Below, piece after piece: positions 18,992-28,013 of a stretch of 64,000 bases of DNA; position 1 is the first letter of the stretch; every line of letters begins with the position of its first letter. A model generated the notes under the pieces. That model was not told where the DNA came from, searched no databases, and worked only from the letters and a program-made list of their open reading frames with translations. The position numbers and the translations under genes are program-made. The stretch spans positions 276,486 to 340,485 of the forward strand of contig VAFM01000002.1 of NCBI GenBank assembly GCA_005768725.1, in the 5' to 3' direction. The stretch is from Blastochloris viridis (GTDB taxonomy: Bacteria > Pseudomonadota > Alphaproteobacteria > UBA2136 > UBA6156).

Positions 18992-20437
18992 CTAACCGCC
19001 CAGCACCTCACGGGCCACCAATCGGTCATCGAATGGATGCACCTCATCGCCCACGATCTGCCCGCTCTCATGCCCCTTCCCGGCGATCAGCACCACATCG
19101 TCCGGCCCGCCATCGGCAATCGCCGCCGCAATCGCGGCCTTGCGGTCATCAAATTCCAGTCCCTTGGCGCCGCCCGCGGTCACACCGGCCAATACCTGCT
19201 GCCGGATGTCCGCTGCATTCTCCTTGCGCGGGTTATCATCGGTCACATACACCACATCGGCCAGCTCGGCGGCAATGCGGCCCATAATCGGGCGCTTGGT
19301 CGCATCACGGTTCCCGCCACAGCCAAATACCACACGCAGTTTACCGCCACCTTTCACTACCGGACGCAGGCTCTCCAAAGCGCGCTGCAACGCATCCGGC
19401 TTGTGGGCATAGTCGACCACCACGCTTGGCTGGGTTGGCGCACTCTTCACCACTTCCATCCGTCCCGGCACAGCGGTCATGCGGCTCACGGCACCCGAGA
19501 TTTTTTTCCAATCATGACCGCTTCCCACCAGCAGGCCCAGCGCTACCGCCAGATTTTCGGCCTGGAACGTCCCGATCAGCGGCACATGCACCGGCACCGG
19601 TACACTATCATATTTCAAATTCAGTTGCAGGCCACGGCCGTTAGCTTCCACCACTTCCGCCACCAGTTCAGCGTTAGCGGTGCCCACGGTCAGCACCCGG
19701 CAGCCGCGCTGCTTGGCCACACTCGCGGCAGGCAGGGTTTCCATACGCCCGATGTTCAACACCGCCGTGCCATCTTCCGGCAGAACCTCGGCAAACAGGC
19801 GTAATTTAGCCGCATGGTACTCGGCCAGATCACCATGGAAATCGAGGTGATCCTGCGTAATATTCGTCAATCCCGCCGCAGTGAACTTGACCGCATCCAC
19901 ACGGTTCAGTACCAGCGCATGGCTGCTCACTTCCAGTAGGCAGGTCTGCACCTTCTCGCGTGCCAGTGTCTGCAAAATCGGCCCTATTTTCAGCGCGTTA
20001 GGGCTTGTAAAACCGGTATATTCAGTCTCTACATCCTCATCCTTGCGCATCACGCCCAGCGTTCCTACGCTGGCGGCATTCACCCCGCTCAACTGGGCCA
20101 GCTGACGCCCGAACCACACCACGCTGGTCTTGCCGCTGGTACCGGTTACACCCAGCATAACGGGCGGTTGTTCCGGCCAGCGCAGCGCCGCAAAGCGCGA
20201 AAGCACCTCCCCCGCATTCGTCACCTGCACCGCACCGTCCACCGGCACATCGGTCACAATGGCAGTTGCTCCTTTGGCCTTGGCGTCGGCCACCAGTGCC
20301 GCCACATCCTGCTTGGGCGCCACACGGCTGTCCCATACAAACACATCACCCGCCGCCAGCTTGCGCGTGTCATCACACACGTTCTGTACCGCAAAATCCG
20401 CCGCCACCGGCTGCCCTACAATCTCTGAAAATTTCAT
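18992..20437 (-). CDS. murE: UDP-N-acetylmuramoyl-L-alanyl-D-glutamate--2,6-diaminopimelate ligase
   Basis: Mur ligase (GVTGTSGKTS), 481 aa; DAP-type specificity assumed from Gram-negative context. Confidence 0.9.
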   Translation of the reverse strand: MKFSEIVGQPVAADFAVQNVCDDTRKLAAGDVFVWDSRVAPKQDVAALVADAKAKGATAIVTDVPVDGAVQVTNAGEVLSRFAALRWPEQPPVMLGVTGTSGKTSVVWFGRQLAQLSGVNAASVGTLGVMRKDEDVETEYTGFTSPNALKIGPILQTLAREKVQTCLLEVSSHALVLNRVDAVKFTAAGLTNITQDHLDFHGDLAEYHAAKLRLFAEVLPEDGTAVLNIGRMETLPAASVAKQRGCRVLTVGTANAELVAEVVEANGRGLQLNLKYDSVPVPVHVPLIGTFQAENLAVALGLLVGSGHDWKKISGAVSRMTAVPGRMEVVKSAPTQPSVVVDYAHKPDALQRALESLRPVVKGGGKLRVVFGCGGNRDATKRPIMGRIAAELADVVYVTDDNPRKENAADIRQQVLAGVTAGGAKGLEFDDRKAAIAAAIADGGPDDVVLIAGKGHESGQIVGDEVHPFDDRLVAREVLGG

Positions 20438-20490
20438 TCGTTTATCTCCCTCAAATTCTGCGGTGCATCAGCACCGTTATCACGGCTCAC

Positions 20491-20601
20491 TCACGAGGTT
20501 GAAACGGTCATCCCGGTGCTTTTTGGTTTGGCGCGGTGTACGGAACATGGGGTACATAAGCCAAACCAAAAAGTGCTGGGGGGCCGTTTCAACCCGTGAG
20601 G
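20491..20601. repeat. 111-nt imperfect palindrome (about 40-nt arms, 28-nt loop) filling the ftsI-murE gap, abutting the ftsI stop codon
   Basis: Left arm cacgaggttgaaacggtcatcccggtgctttttggtttggc pairs with right arm gccaaaccaaaaagtgctggggggccgtttcaacccgtgagg; loop contains tgtac..gtaca core. Confidence 0.6.
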
Positions 20602-22461
20602 TTAATCAACCACTTCACCCGTTGCATCAGGTCGTAATTTCACGCCCCCCGCACTACCGCGCTTGGTTCTAAAATCGCTCAACACATACGTCTGCCACGG
20701 GTCATTGTACTTGCGCTTGGTACGGTCCAGCAGCGCACGGTAGGCGGTTACTTCATCCATGTCCGGCTTTAGCGCGGCAAGTTGGGTCAGGTCACGGTAA
20801 AAGTCTCCCACCACCGGTGCCGCGCTCTTACCACCGGTCTCATAGCCCTTCTTCGGCTCGTCTAGCATCACCAGCGTAATATATTCCGGGTTCTTCATCG
20901 GCAACACACCCACGTAACTCACGCGGTTCTTGTCCTTGGCATAACCACGGCCAACAATCTTTTCCGCCGTCCCGGTCTTGCCGCCAATATCATAACCTAC
21001 CACCTGGCTGCTACGCCCACTGCCATTCAGCACCACGTCACGCATCAGCACATGGATCTGCTCCAGTGTGGCGTCATCGATCAACCGGCGCGGCTGCGTC
21101 GTGCTCACACCGCCCAGCAACACGCTGGGGTGCTTTACGTAGCCGTCGGCAAGTGTGGCCACGGCATTCACAAGGTGCACCGGCGTCACACTCATCCCGT
21201 GACCAAACGAAATGGTAAAGGTCTGAATGCGTCCCCAGTTGTTCGGGTAACGCACATTCCCCACTTCGGGGATACCCGTCTGGATCGGCTCAAGCATGCC
21301 GAGCTTGGTCATGAATTCCTTCTGCGCGGCAGGGCCGCTCATGTCAGCGATCTTCGCCGCCCCGATGTTGGACGAATAACGCAGCACTTCATTGGCGGTC
21401 AGAATCGCCTTCTTGGCGTGGAAGTCCTTAATCGTGTAACGCCCGATGGAGATCGGCGTCCGCGCATCGATCAGCGTATCCGGCGTGATCTTCTTCTCCA
21501 CCAAACCTTGCGCCAGCGTAAAGAGCTTGAAGGTGCTCCCCATTTCGTAGCTGCCCAGCGTTACGTGGTTGAACATCTCGGCGGGCGTGGCCTTGCCTAG
21601 GTGGTTCGGGTCGTAATCGGGCAGACTGACCAGCGCCACGATCTCACGGGTCGGCGCCTTCATCACCAGTGCCCACGCGGCTTTGCTCTCGCTCTTGTCC
21701 TTCATTTCGATCAGACGCCGACGCAGCATTTCCTGCAACCGCACATCAAGCCCGAGGTGAATATCCTCACCCGCCGCCAACTGCGTGTTAAAGCCGCGTT
21801 CCACACCGGCCAAGCCGGTATTGTCCACGTCCACCGCACCCAGCACGTGGCTGGCCAGGTTCTTGTGCGGATACACCCGCACGAACTCTTCCCGGAATTC
21901 CAAGCCCGGCAACCCGAGCGCATTCACTTTCTGCGCCTCATCCGGCGTCAGGCGGCGCTTGATCCAGATAAACCGGCGGCTCGGGTCTTCAAGCTGCGCT
22001 TTCAGGCGCGCCATGTCCAAGCCCGGCAGCGCCTGCGGCAGGCGGCGTATCACGTCCTGGGGGTCCAGAATACGCTTGGGGTCGGCGTACAGGCTGTACA
22101 CCTTCAACGTAGCCGCCAGCAGCACGTTATTGCGGTCGTAAATATTCCCGCGGCGCAGCGTCTCCTTGGGCATCTCCCGGATGCTCGGACGCGGCTCGGC
22201 CGGCGGCATAAGACCCACATAGGCCAATTTTGCCCCCACACCGGCAAACGCCAGCGTCAGCACACCCATCACAATCATCGCACGGAAGTGCGCGGCAACC
22301 CCGCTCTCCACGATCTCGGCCCGGGTGGGCATAAAGCCACGCGCCGCGTGGGTCTTCACCCGCCGCTGCTGTACGGTGCTACGCTTCGGGGTAAATACGG
22401 GCGTGTTGTCACGTCCGCGCCCGATGCGCGCACTTTCCCAAGGCTTCTTGAATTGGCTCAT
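20602..22461 (-). CDS. ftsI: Peptidoglycan D,D-transpeptidase FtsI (PBP3)
   Basis: STFK, SSN and KTG motifs; N-terminal TM; 619 aa. Confidence 0.9.
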   Translation of the reverse strand: MSQFKKPWESARIGRGRDNTPVFTPKRSTVQQRRVKTHAARGFMPTRAEIVESGVAAHFRAMIVMGVLTLAFAGVGAKLAYVGLMPPAEPRPSIREMPKETLRRGNIYDRNNVLLAATLKVYSLYADPKRILDPQDVIRRLPQALPGLDMARLKAQLEDPSRRFIWIKRRLTPDEAQKVNALGLPGLEFREEFVRVYPHKNLASHVLGAVDVDNTGLAGVERGFNTQLAAGEDIHLGLDVRLQEMLRRRLIEMKDKSESKAAWALVMKAPTREIVALVSLPDYDPNHLGKATPAEMFNHVTLGSYEMGSTFKLFTLAQGLVEKKITPDTLIDARTPISIGRYTIKDFHAKKAILTANEVLRYSSNIGAAKIADMSGPAAQKEFMTKLGMLEPIQTGIPEVGNVRYPNNWGRIQTFTISFGHGMSVTPVHLVNAVATLADGYVKHPSVLLGGVSTTQPRRLIDDATLEQIHVLMRDVVLNGSGRSSQVVGYDIGGKTGTAEKIVGRGYAKDKNRVSYVGVLPMKNPEYITLVMLDEPKKGYETGGKSAAPVVGDFYRDLTQLAALKPDMDEVTAYRALLDRTKRKYNDPWQTYVLSDFRTKRGSAGGVKLRPDATGEVVD

Positions 22462-22523
22462 TCGCCACCATAATGCTTAAAAACAAAGCCACCCACAAGG
22501 GTGGCCGCCACGTCTCCGCGCGT

Positions 22524-23009
22524 TTATTCGGCAGCGGCGGCAGGCACAAGGGTTTCCGAAACCTCCTCAACCGCCTCGCTCGGCAAAGCCGCTTCCGGCG
22601 GCACGGTGGTGGTGGATGACGTCCCTTCAGCCACCATCGCGGGCCCCGTCTCCTCCACCTCACTGTTACTGACAAACCCGGCAGCCAGTACCGCTGCCAC
22701 AGCGCTACCCGAAACCACGCGCGGTGCCGCCGGCACCGTGCCGCTCACCGGCTCCATCGGCGCAATAATATCCAGCGCAGTGGCAGGCACATACCCCATG
22801 GTCTGAACCACACGCTCCATGCGGCTGGGGCTGGCCAACAAGGCCCATTCCGCTTCCAGCACCCGCTTGGTCTCGCGCAGCTCGGCACGCTCGCGCACCA
22901 GTTGCATACGCTGGCGGTCCATGGTCTGGACGTCGGTCTTGATACGCATCATGCCGGCAAACGCCGCCACACTCAGCAATACCGCCAGCAACACCAGACT
23001 ATTTCTCAT
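22524..23009 (-). CDS. ftsL: Cell division protein FtsL-like (TM anchor + coiled coil, Ala/Glu/Val-rich tail)
   Basis: Position immediately upstream of ftsI; N-terminal TM then REAELRETKRVLEAEW coiled coil. Confidence 0.6.
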   Translation of the reverse strand: MRNSLVLLAVLLSVAAFAGMMRIKTDVQTMDRQRMQLVRERAELRETKRVLEAEWALLASPSRMERVVQTMGYVPATALDIIAPMEPVSGTVPAAPRVVSGSAVAAVLAAGFVSNSEVEETGPAMVAEGTSSTTTVPPEAALPSEAVEEVSETLVPAAAAE

Positions 23010-23035
23010 ACCCCCAACCTAACAGCGCCTCAGCT

Positions 23036-23072
23036 GCAAAACAAGACCGGCCCCTTCAGGCCGGTCTGTTTG
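23036..23072. terminator. Bidirectional terminator between ftsL start region and the 23092 gene
   Basis: aaaacaag-agaccggcccc-ttca-ggccggtct-gttt. Confidence 0.55.
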
Positions 23073-23091
23073 GCGGGCAGCCGTGTGACTT

Positions 23092-23727
23092 CTAGTGTCC
23101 GCTGCCCTGGGCCTCGGCACCTGCCGGAGGCGTTTCATCGGCCGGAGTCGCCGGTTGGATCTCAGCGGTCGGGGTCGCTGGCTTTTCATCAATGGCCGGT
23201 TCCTTTACAGGAGCCGTTTCTGCCGGAGCGGTTTCCGCAGGCAGAGCTTCCTCGGTGGCAGCCTCTTCCTTCACAACCACCTTCTTGGCAGCCTTCTTCA
23301 CAGCCGGTTTGGCAACAGGGGTCGGCACACGTTTGCCGTTCTCATCCCAACGGTCAGCAAACTTGGCTTCGCCTTTACCCACAACAAACAAGCCGCTGGT
23401 CGGGTCAAAGGTAAAGCGGTCATATCCCTTTTCACGGGCATATTCCTGCCAGCTCTTGTCAGCCGTGTCCGGGAACTGGGTGGTGGTGCCGTCTTCCAGC
23501 TTCACGGTCGCCATGTGGCCCGGGTCAACGGTCGGGGCGCTGCCAACAGCCGTGGTTTCCACGGTAGTGTAGGTGGTCGTGGTGGTGGTCGGCACGTCCG
23601 AGTACGGGTTGGCCGGTACTTCGTGGGTCACGGTCGTGGTGTTTTCTACCTGCTCAACCATCACTTGGGCGTTAGCTTGGGTAGCTACCAGAGCAGCGGC
23701 CGCAGCAACATACAACATCTTGTTCAT
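23092..23727 (-). CDS. Secreted protein with poly-Thr tract and Lys/Ala/Pro/Glu-rich (histone H1-like) C-terminus
   Basis: Signal peptide MNKMLYVAAAAALVATQANA; AGGAGAAAA RBS at internal Met. Confidence 0.55.
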   Translation of the reverse strand: MNKMLYVAAAAALVATQANAQVMVEQVENTTTVTHEVPANPYSDVPTTTTTTYTTVETTAVGSAPTVDPGHMATVKLEDGTTTQFPDTADKSWQEYAREKGYDRFTFDPTSGLFVVGKGEAKFADRWDENGKRVPTPVAKPAVKKAAKKVVVKEEAATEEALPAETAPAETAPVKEPAIDEKPATPTAEIQPATPADETPPAGAEAQGSGH

Positions 23728-23932
23728 TTTAGGTTTTTCTCCTGTGTTGGATACCTTCATCATAAAGGCTCATCGGCAGTATAATGCACAATCACGCGGT
23801 TTGTTCAGCGTTTGGGTACGCTGCGTGCGCTTTTTTCCCAAGGGGGTGTGCCCATGGGGTTTTCCAATCATCCCGGAACCTTTGCCACGCTGTCCCGTCT
23901 CTCTCTTGATTAAGAAAACGACCAAGAAAGGT

Positions 23933-24508
23933 ATGACCATGACAACACTATCCGAAGCCCGCATCCTTATCCTCGCCACCGACGGCTTTGAACAATCCGA
24001 ACTGGAAACCCCGCTGAACGAACTCCGCGCCGCAGGTGCCACAGTGCACGTCTGTGCACCCTCCCAAACCAAGGAAGAAGGCGTCATTCGCGGCTGGAAA
24101 GACGGCGACTGGGGTACCACTGTTCCGGTTGATGTGATTCTGGAATCCAGCACCGACTGGCCCTACCACGCTCTAGTGCTGCCGGGCGGTGTGATCAACC
24201 CAGACACCCTGCGCACCAACCCCAATGCCGTGAAGCTGGTGCAGGCATTCGTCAACGAAGGCAAACCGGTCGCCGCCATCTGCCACGGCCCATGGCTGCT
24301 GGCCGAAGCCGATGTGGTGAACGGCCGTAAGGTCACCTCCTACACCTCCATTAAAACCGACATGATCAATGCCGGTGCCGACTGGCAGGATGCCGAGGTG
24401 GTGACCGACAACGGACTCATTACCTCGCGTAAGCCGTCCGACCTTCCCGCCTTCGTCGCCAAGATCCTCGAGGAAGTGCAGGAAGGCCAGCACCGCCGCG
24501 CCGCATAG
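23933..24508 (+). CDS. DJ-1/PfpI family protein (class I glutamine amidotransferase-like)
   Basis: AICHGP nucleophile-elbow motif, 191 aa from MTMTT start with AAGAAAGG RBS. Confidence 0.8.
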   Translation: MTMTTLSEARILILATDGFEQSELETPLNELRAAGATVHVCAPSQTKEEGVIRGWKDGDWGTTVPVDVILESSTDWPYHALVLPGGVINPDTLRTNPNAVKLVQAFVNEGKPVAAICHGPWLLAEADVVNGRKVTSYTSIKTDMINAGADWQDAEVVTDNGLITSRKPSDLPAFVAKILEEVQEGQHRRAA

Positions 24509-24693
24509 CGCTACCATACAACCCATAAGCCTCTCGGAATGGGAGGCTTTTTAGTATCTTACCGATAAAAATCCTTGTCTCCCCATCTTGACGAAGCCCA
24601 ACGCTCATTGCATACAAAGCATGTCGCAAGACATATGTTTGAAGTATCCCTAAATCACGTTCACCTTTCAGCCATTCCAAAAGGAGAGGAACC

Positions 24694-25128
24694 ATGCTGA
24701 AGAAACTTCTCACCTGCGCCAGCGCGGCCCTGATCACCGCTGCCATGCTGTCCACCAGCGCCCATGCCGACCTCCGCCGCTCCGGCCAGGCCGCCTGGGA
24801 TGTTTACCAGGGTCGTCTCGGCCTGAAGATCGGCGGCAACGCCAGTATGATCTTCGGCAACGAAACCTACTGCTCACGCGGTCAGGTGCAGAATATGGTC
24901 TATGGCCACTACAACCAGAACGTCGAGTTCGTCGGCAACATGTCGTCCCTCATCGGCCGTATGAACGGCAGCTGGGGCGGCAGCGGAGACTCGGACGGTT
25001 ACGTTCTTGCAGACGTCTTCGACTGCGGCGTCTCGCTCGGCGGGCGTCTCAGCGGCGCCGTCTGCGTCTCGCTGGACATCATGCAGCCGATGGGCACCCG
25101 CTACTGCGCCTACGGCACGCAGGAGTAA
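24694..25128 (+). CDS. Secreted protein (144 aa), hypothetical
   Basis: Signal peptide ..STSAHA; AAAAGGAGAGG RBS. Confidence 0.5.
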   Translation: MLKKLLTCASAALITAAMLSTSAHADLRRSGQAAWDVYQGRLGLKIGGNASMIFGNETYCSRGQVQNMVYGHYNQNVEFVGNMSSLIGRMNGSWGGSGDSDGYVLADVFDCGVSLGGRLSGAVCVSLDIMQPMGTRYCAYGTQE

Positions 25129-25198
25129 CCCTGCACGCACATGCGGAACGCCCTCCCGGCGTTCCGCAACTCCTTTCATGGTTCAGGAGGAACCCCTC

Positions 25199-25915
25199 AT
25201 GAAAATGCGTCCTACCTTACTTCTGGCCGCCTGCATCGCGCTTACGGCTTCCACGGCCATGGCCCAGCAGGTACCCAAGAATATCTCCGGTGATATCCTC
25301 ACCGACGACATCAACATCCACAGCCGCAACAGCGCAGAGGTCTGCTGGTCCAACAGTGACAATCAGACCTGCCATACTCTAGTGGGTGCCGGTAACGACC
25401 GCAACTGCACCGATAGCACTCTGCTTCGCACCGCCGAAACCTTCATGAACCGGAAGTTCCGCTACTACAATACCGACCGGCTCATGGATGAAGACGGCAA
25501 TCTCGAGATTCAGGGCGTCGGCGGTCTCCGCTCGTTCCTGAAACGCGACCGCGATGGCGGCATCTTTGCCGCCCTGCTCCGGTGCACCAGAAATGGTGAA
25601 TTCACCGGCACCTACGCGCTGCTGATCGATCTGGAAGACACCATGACCAACGAAGGCACCTTCAAGCCGGAAGGACTGTTCCATGTCGCCATCGACACGG
25701 GCGACGACGACATGGAACAAGTCGAACACGCTCCCGCTACTGTCGAAGACGAACCTATCGTCACGGAAAAACCGGTCGTCGTCACGCAGGAAGAGCAACT
25801 TCCCGCCAAGCCTTCGGCCAAGGCCGGACTGGCGAAGCAGGTCGAATCCCTGTCGGAAGAAGATGCCGAGGCCATCGCCAAAGCCATTCAGGAGATCAGG
25901 GATAAAAAGCAATAA
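25199..25915 (+). CDS. Secreted protein, tandem paralog E (238 aa) with acidic C-terminal tail
   Basis: Signal peptide ..ASTAMA; AGGAGG RBS; paralogous core shared with 26064 gene (..YALLIDLED.. vs ..YALIIDKDE..). Confidence 0.55.
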   Translation: MKMRPTLLLAACIALTASTAMAQQVPKNISGDILTDDINIHSRNSAEVCWSNSDNQTCHTLVGAGNDRNCTDSTLLRTAETFMNRKFRYYNTDRLMDEDGNLEIQGVGGLRSFLKRDRDGGIFAALLRCTRNGEFTGTYALLIDLEDTMTNEGTFKPEGLFHVAIDTGDDDMEQVEHAPATVEDEPIVTEKPVVVTQEEQLPAKPSAKAGLAKQVESLSEEDAEAIAKAIQEIRDKKQ

Positions 25916-25928
25916 CCCTCTATATTGT

Positions 25929-25959
25929 AAAAAACGGCAGCCCAGTGGCTGCCGTTTTT
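25929..25959 (+). terminator. Rho-independent terminator (identical copy at 26628-26657)
   Basis: aaaaacggcagcc-cagt-ggctgccgttttt. Confidence 0.7.
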
Positions 25960-26063
25960 CTCTTTTCCATGGCATCGCTCGGCCCACCTTGACCACTCGT
26001 ATCACTCAATATATACAGCAATCACCACAACTTAGCCCTTTCCTCACGCCCGGAGCCTCTCTC

Positions 26064-26621
26064 ATGCGCGCATCTTTCCGTCTGTCTCTTTCCGTTCTGG
26101 CCATGGTCATGTGCCATGTCCCGCAACCCTCTGCCGCCGCCGAGCCCAAGATCGACATCATTTACGGCAACCTACTCAATTACAAAATAGATCTCCGCGA
26201 TCCGGCCATCACCTTGTGTTGGGAAGAGATCTTCAGCCCCGGCAAGCTCAAAGCATGCCGGACCGTTGTTCCTTCCGATACCTATGGCCAGGCCCTCACC
26301 TGCCCTCTGATGAATGTCGGGGATATGGCGGAAAGCTTCATGACGATCTGGCGCAATGTTCTCAAACTGAAGGGTGATTTCAGCCAGATACCCGAATGGC
26401 CTGCCATAACGGGCTTTGCGGCCCTGCCTCGCATTCTGGCGACCAATGGCGAAGGCACGCTGCATGCAAGCCTGATCCAATGCCAGGTGGACGGTCAGCT
26501 GACGGATATCTACGCCCTGATCATCGATAAGGACGAGGTCAACCTGTCGGACGCCAAGGCCGAAAAGGGACTGTATCCAGAAGCCGTCTTCAAGGTGACG
26601 CTGCAAAAGCCGTCCAAATAA
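26064..26621 (+). CDS. Secreted protein, tandem paralog F (185 aa)
   Basis: Signal peptide ..PSAAA; shares core with gene E; identical terminator downstream. Confidence 0.55.
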   Translation: MRASFRLSLSVLAMVMCHVPQPSAAAEPKIDIIYGNLLNYKIDLRDPAITLCWEEIFSPGKLKACRTVVPSDTYGQALTCPLMNVGDMAESFMTIWRNVLKLKGDFSQIPEWPAITGFAALPRILATNGEGTLHASLIQCQVDGQLTDIYALIIDKDEVNLSDAKAEKGLYPEAVFKVTLQKPSK

Positions 26622-26627
26622 CGTCGC

Positions 26628-26657
26628 AAAAACGGCAGCCCAGTGGCTGCCGTTTTT
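26628..26657 (+). terminator. Rho-independent terminator (identical to 25929-25959)
   Basis: aaaaacggcagcc-cagt-ggctgccgttttt. Confidence 0.7.
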
Positions 26658-26700
26658 GCGTTTCTTGCCAAAGGTACACAAATCCCCTAGGTTACGGCAC

Positions 26701-27345
26701 ATGATCACCCGCCCGACCCCGACCATCACCCTTGTCCATAACGATCTCCCCGCCGGCCTCACCTTCCCGAACGGCATGGTCGCGATCGATACCGAAACCA
26801 CCGGCCTCTCGCTGGTGACCGACCGCCTGTGCCTGGCCCAGGTCGGCGATGGCGAAGGCAACGTCTGGCTGGTCAAGTTCGATGGCTCCGACTACTCCGC
26901 ACCTAACCTGCGCAAAGTGCTGGAAGACCCGCGCCTCATTAAGCTCTTCCACTTCGCCCGCTTCGACCTCGCCATGCTGCAAAAATGGCTGGGCCTGCCG
27001 GAGATCCATCCCTCTTTCTGCACCAAAATCGCCAGCAAGCTCACCCAACCCGGCCCGGGCAAACATAACCTGCGCACCCTGTGCAAAGACTTTCTGGGTG
27101 TCGAGCTCGATAAGACCGAGCAGATGTCCAACTGGGCGGCAGAAGAACTGACCGAAAGCCAGATGAACTACGCCGCCTCGGACGTTCTCTACCTGCATGA
27201 GCTCTACCAGATCTTCAGCGACAAACTGACCGAAATGGGTCTCAACGTCGCCATGCACAACGCCCTCAACTTCCTCGCCACTCGCGTCGAGCTCGACCTC
27301 AAGGGCTACCCCGAGACCGATCTCTTCTCCCACACCGGCTGGTAA
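26701..27345 (+). CDS. RNase D-like 3'-5' exonuclease (DEDDy family), short single-domain form
   Basis: Exo I AIDTETTGL, Exo III YAASDVLYL motifs; 214 aa. Confidence 0.75.
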   Translation: MITRPTPTITLVHNDLPAGLTFPNGMVAIDTETTGLSLVTDRLCLAQVGDGEGNVWLVKFDGSDYSAPNLRKVLEDPRLIKLFHFARFDLAMLQKWLGLPEIHPSFCTKIASKLTQPGPGKHNLRTLCKDFLGVELDKTEQMSNWAAEELTESQMNYAASDVLYLHELYQIFSDKLTEMGLNVAMHNALNFLATRVELDLKGYPETDLFSHTGW

Positions 27346-27358
27346 TCCCGCCTGAATG

Positions 27359-27385
27359 AAAAGCCCCGCACACGCGGGGCTTTTT
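27359..27385. terminator. Bidirectional terminator
   Basis: agccccgc-acac-gcggggct then T5. Confidence 0.65.
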
Positions 27386-27399
27386 AGTATCGGCTTCAG

Positions 27400-27924
27400 C
27401 TACATGCCGCGCGTACACAAAAATTCCTGAGTATGACACTCATTCAAATAAACACCGCCACTTCCCGGATATTTACAGAAATTCGACATTTCGTTTTCAC
27501 TCATACGGTCGGTACCATACCCAATATGTAACACTTTCGCGTCGCCGCAACGCGGTACGCCATTCTGGCATCCGGTTGCATCCCCCCACGGGTTGCGTAT
27601 GGTCCAGTCAGTCCCAACACGGGGTCCCGACTCCGGCGTCAGACACTGCCCACCACCCGTAATCACAAAGCCGCGCATACAGCCGTTACCATCTGCGCCA
27701 GCCTGTCCAGTCGCATAAAACGCCCCCTTACGCGCACAGGCATCCACCTGATTAAGCCGTATATGCGCCGATTTCGCATTATTGTTGGCTTGGTCGGCAA
27801 TATTCTGCAAAGCCGACCAACTGGCCTCCATGTTCAAACTTCCTCCCGCCGTCCGCTCTTGGGCATAGCTGCCGCACACCAGGCTTAAGGCAACGACAAC
27901 AACCGACCAGACACGTACGTTCAT
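27400..27924 (-). CDS. Secreted Cys-rich protein, paralog B of the QERTAGG family (9 Cys in C-terminal half)
   Basis: Signal peptide ..GSYA|QE; N-terminal 60 aa about 65% identical to paralog A, C-terminus unrelated. Confidence 0.6.
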   Translation of the reverse strand: MNVRVWSVVVVALSLVCGSYAQERTAGGSLNMEASWSALQNIADQANNNAKSAHIRLNQVDACARKGAFYATGQAGADGNGCMRGFVITGGGQCLTPESGPRVGTDWTIRNPWGDATGCQNGVPRCGDAKVLHIGYGTDRMSENEMSNFCKYPGSGGVYLNECHTQEFLCTRGM

Positions 27925-28013
27925 GAAGGAATCTTTCTTTTGGTTCTGTAATATTATAACCCTGAAGAGCAAGCAAACCTGACGCCTTCCAAATTCTTAA
28001 AAAATCAGCCCGA

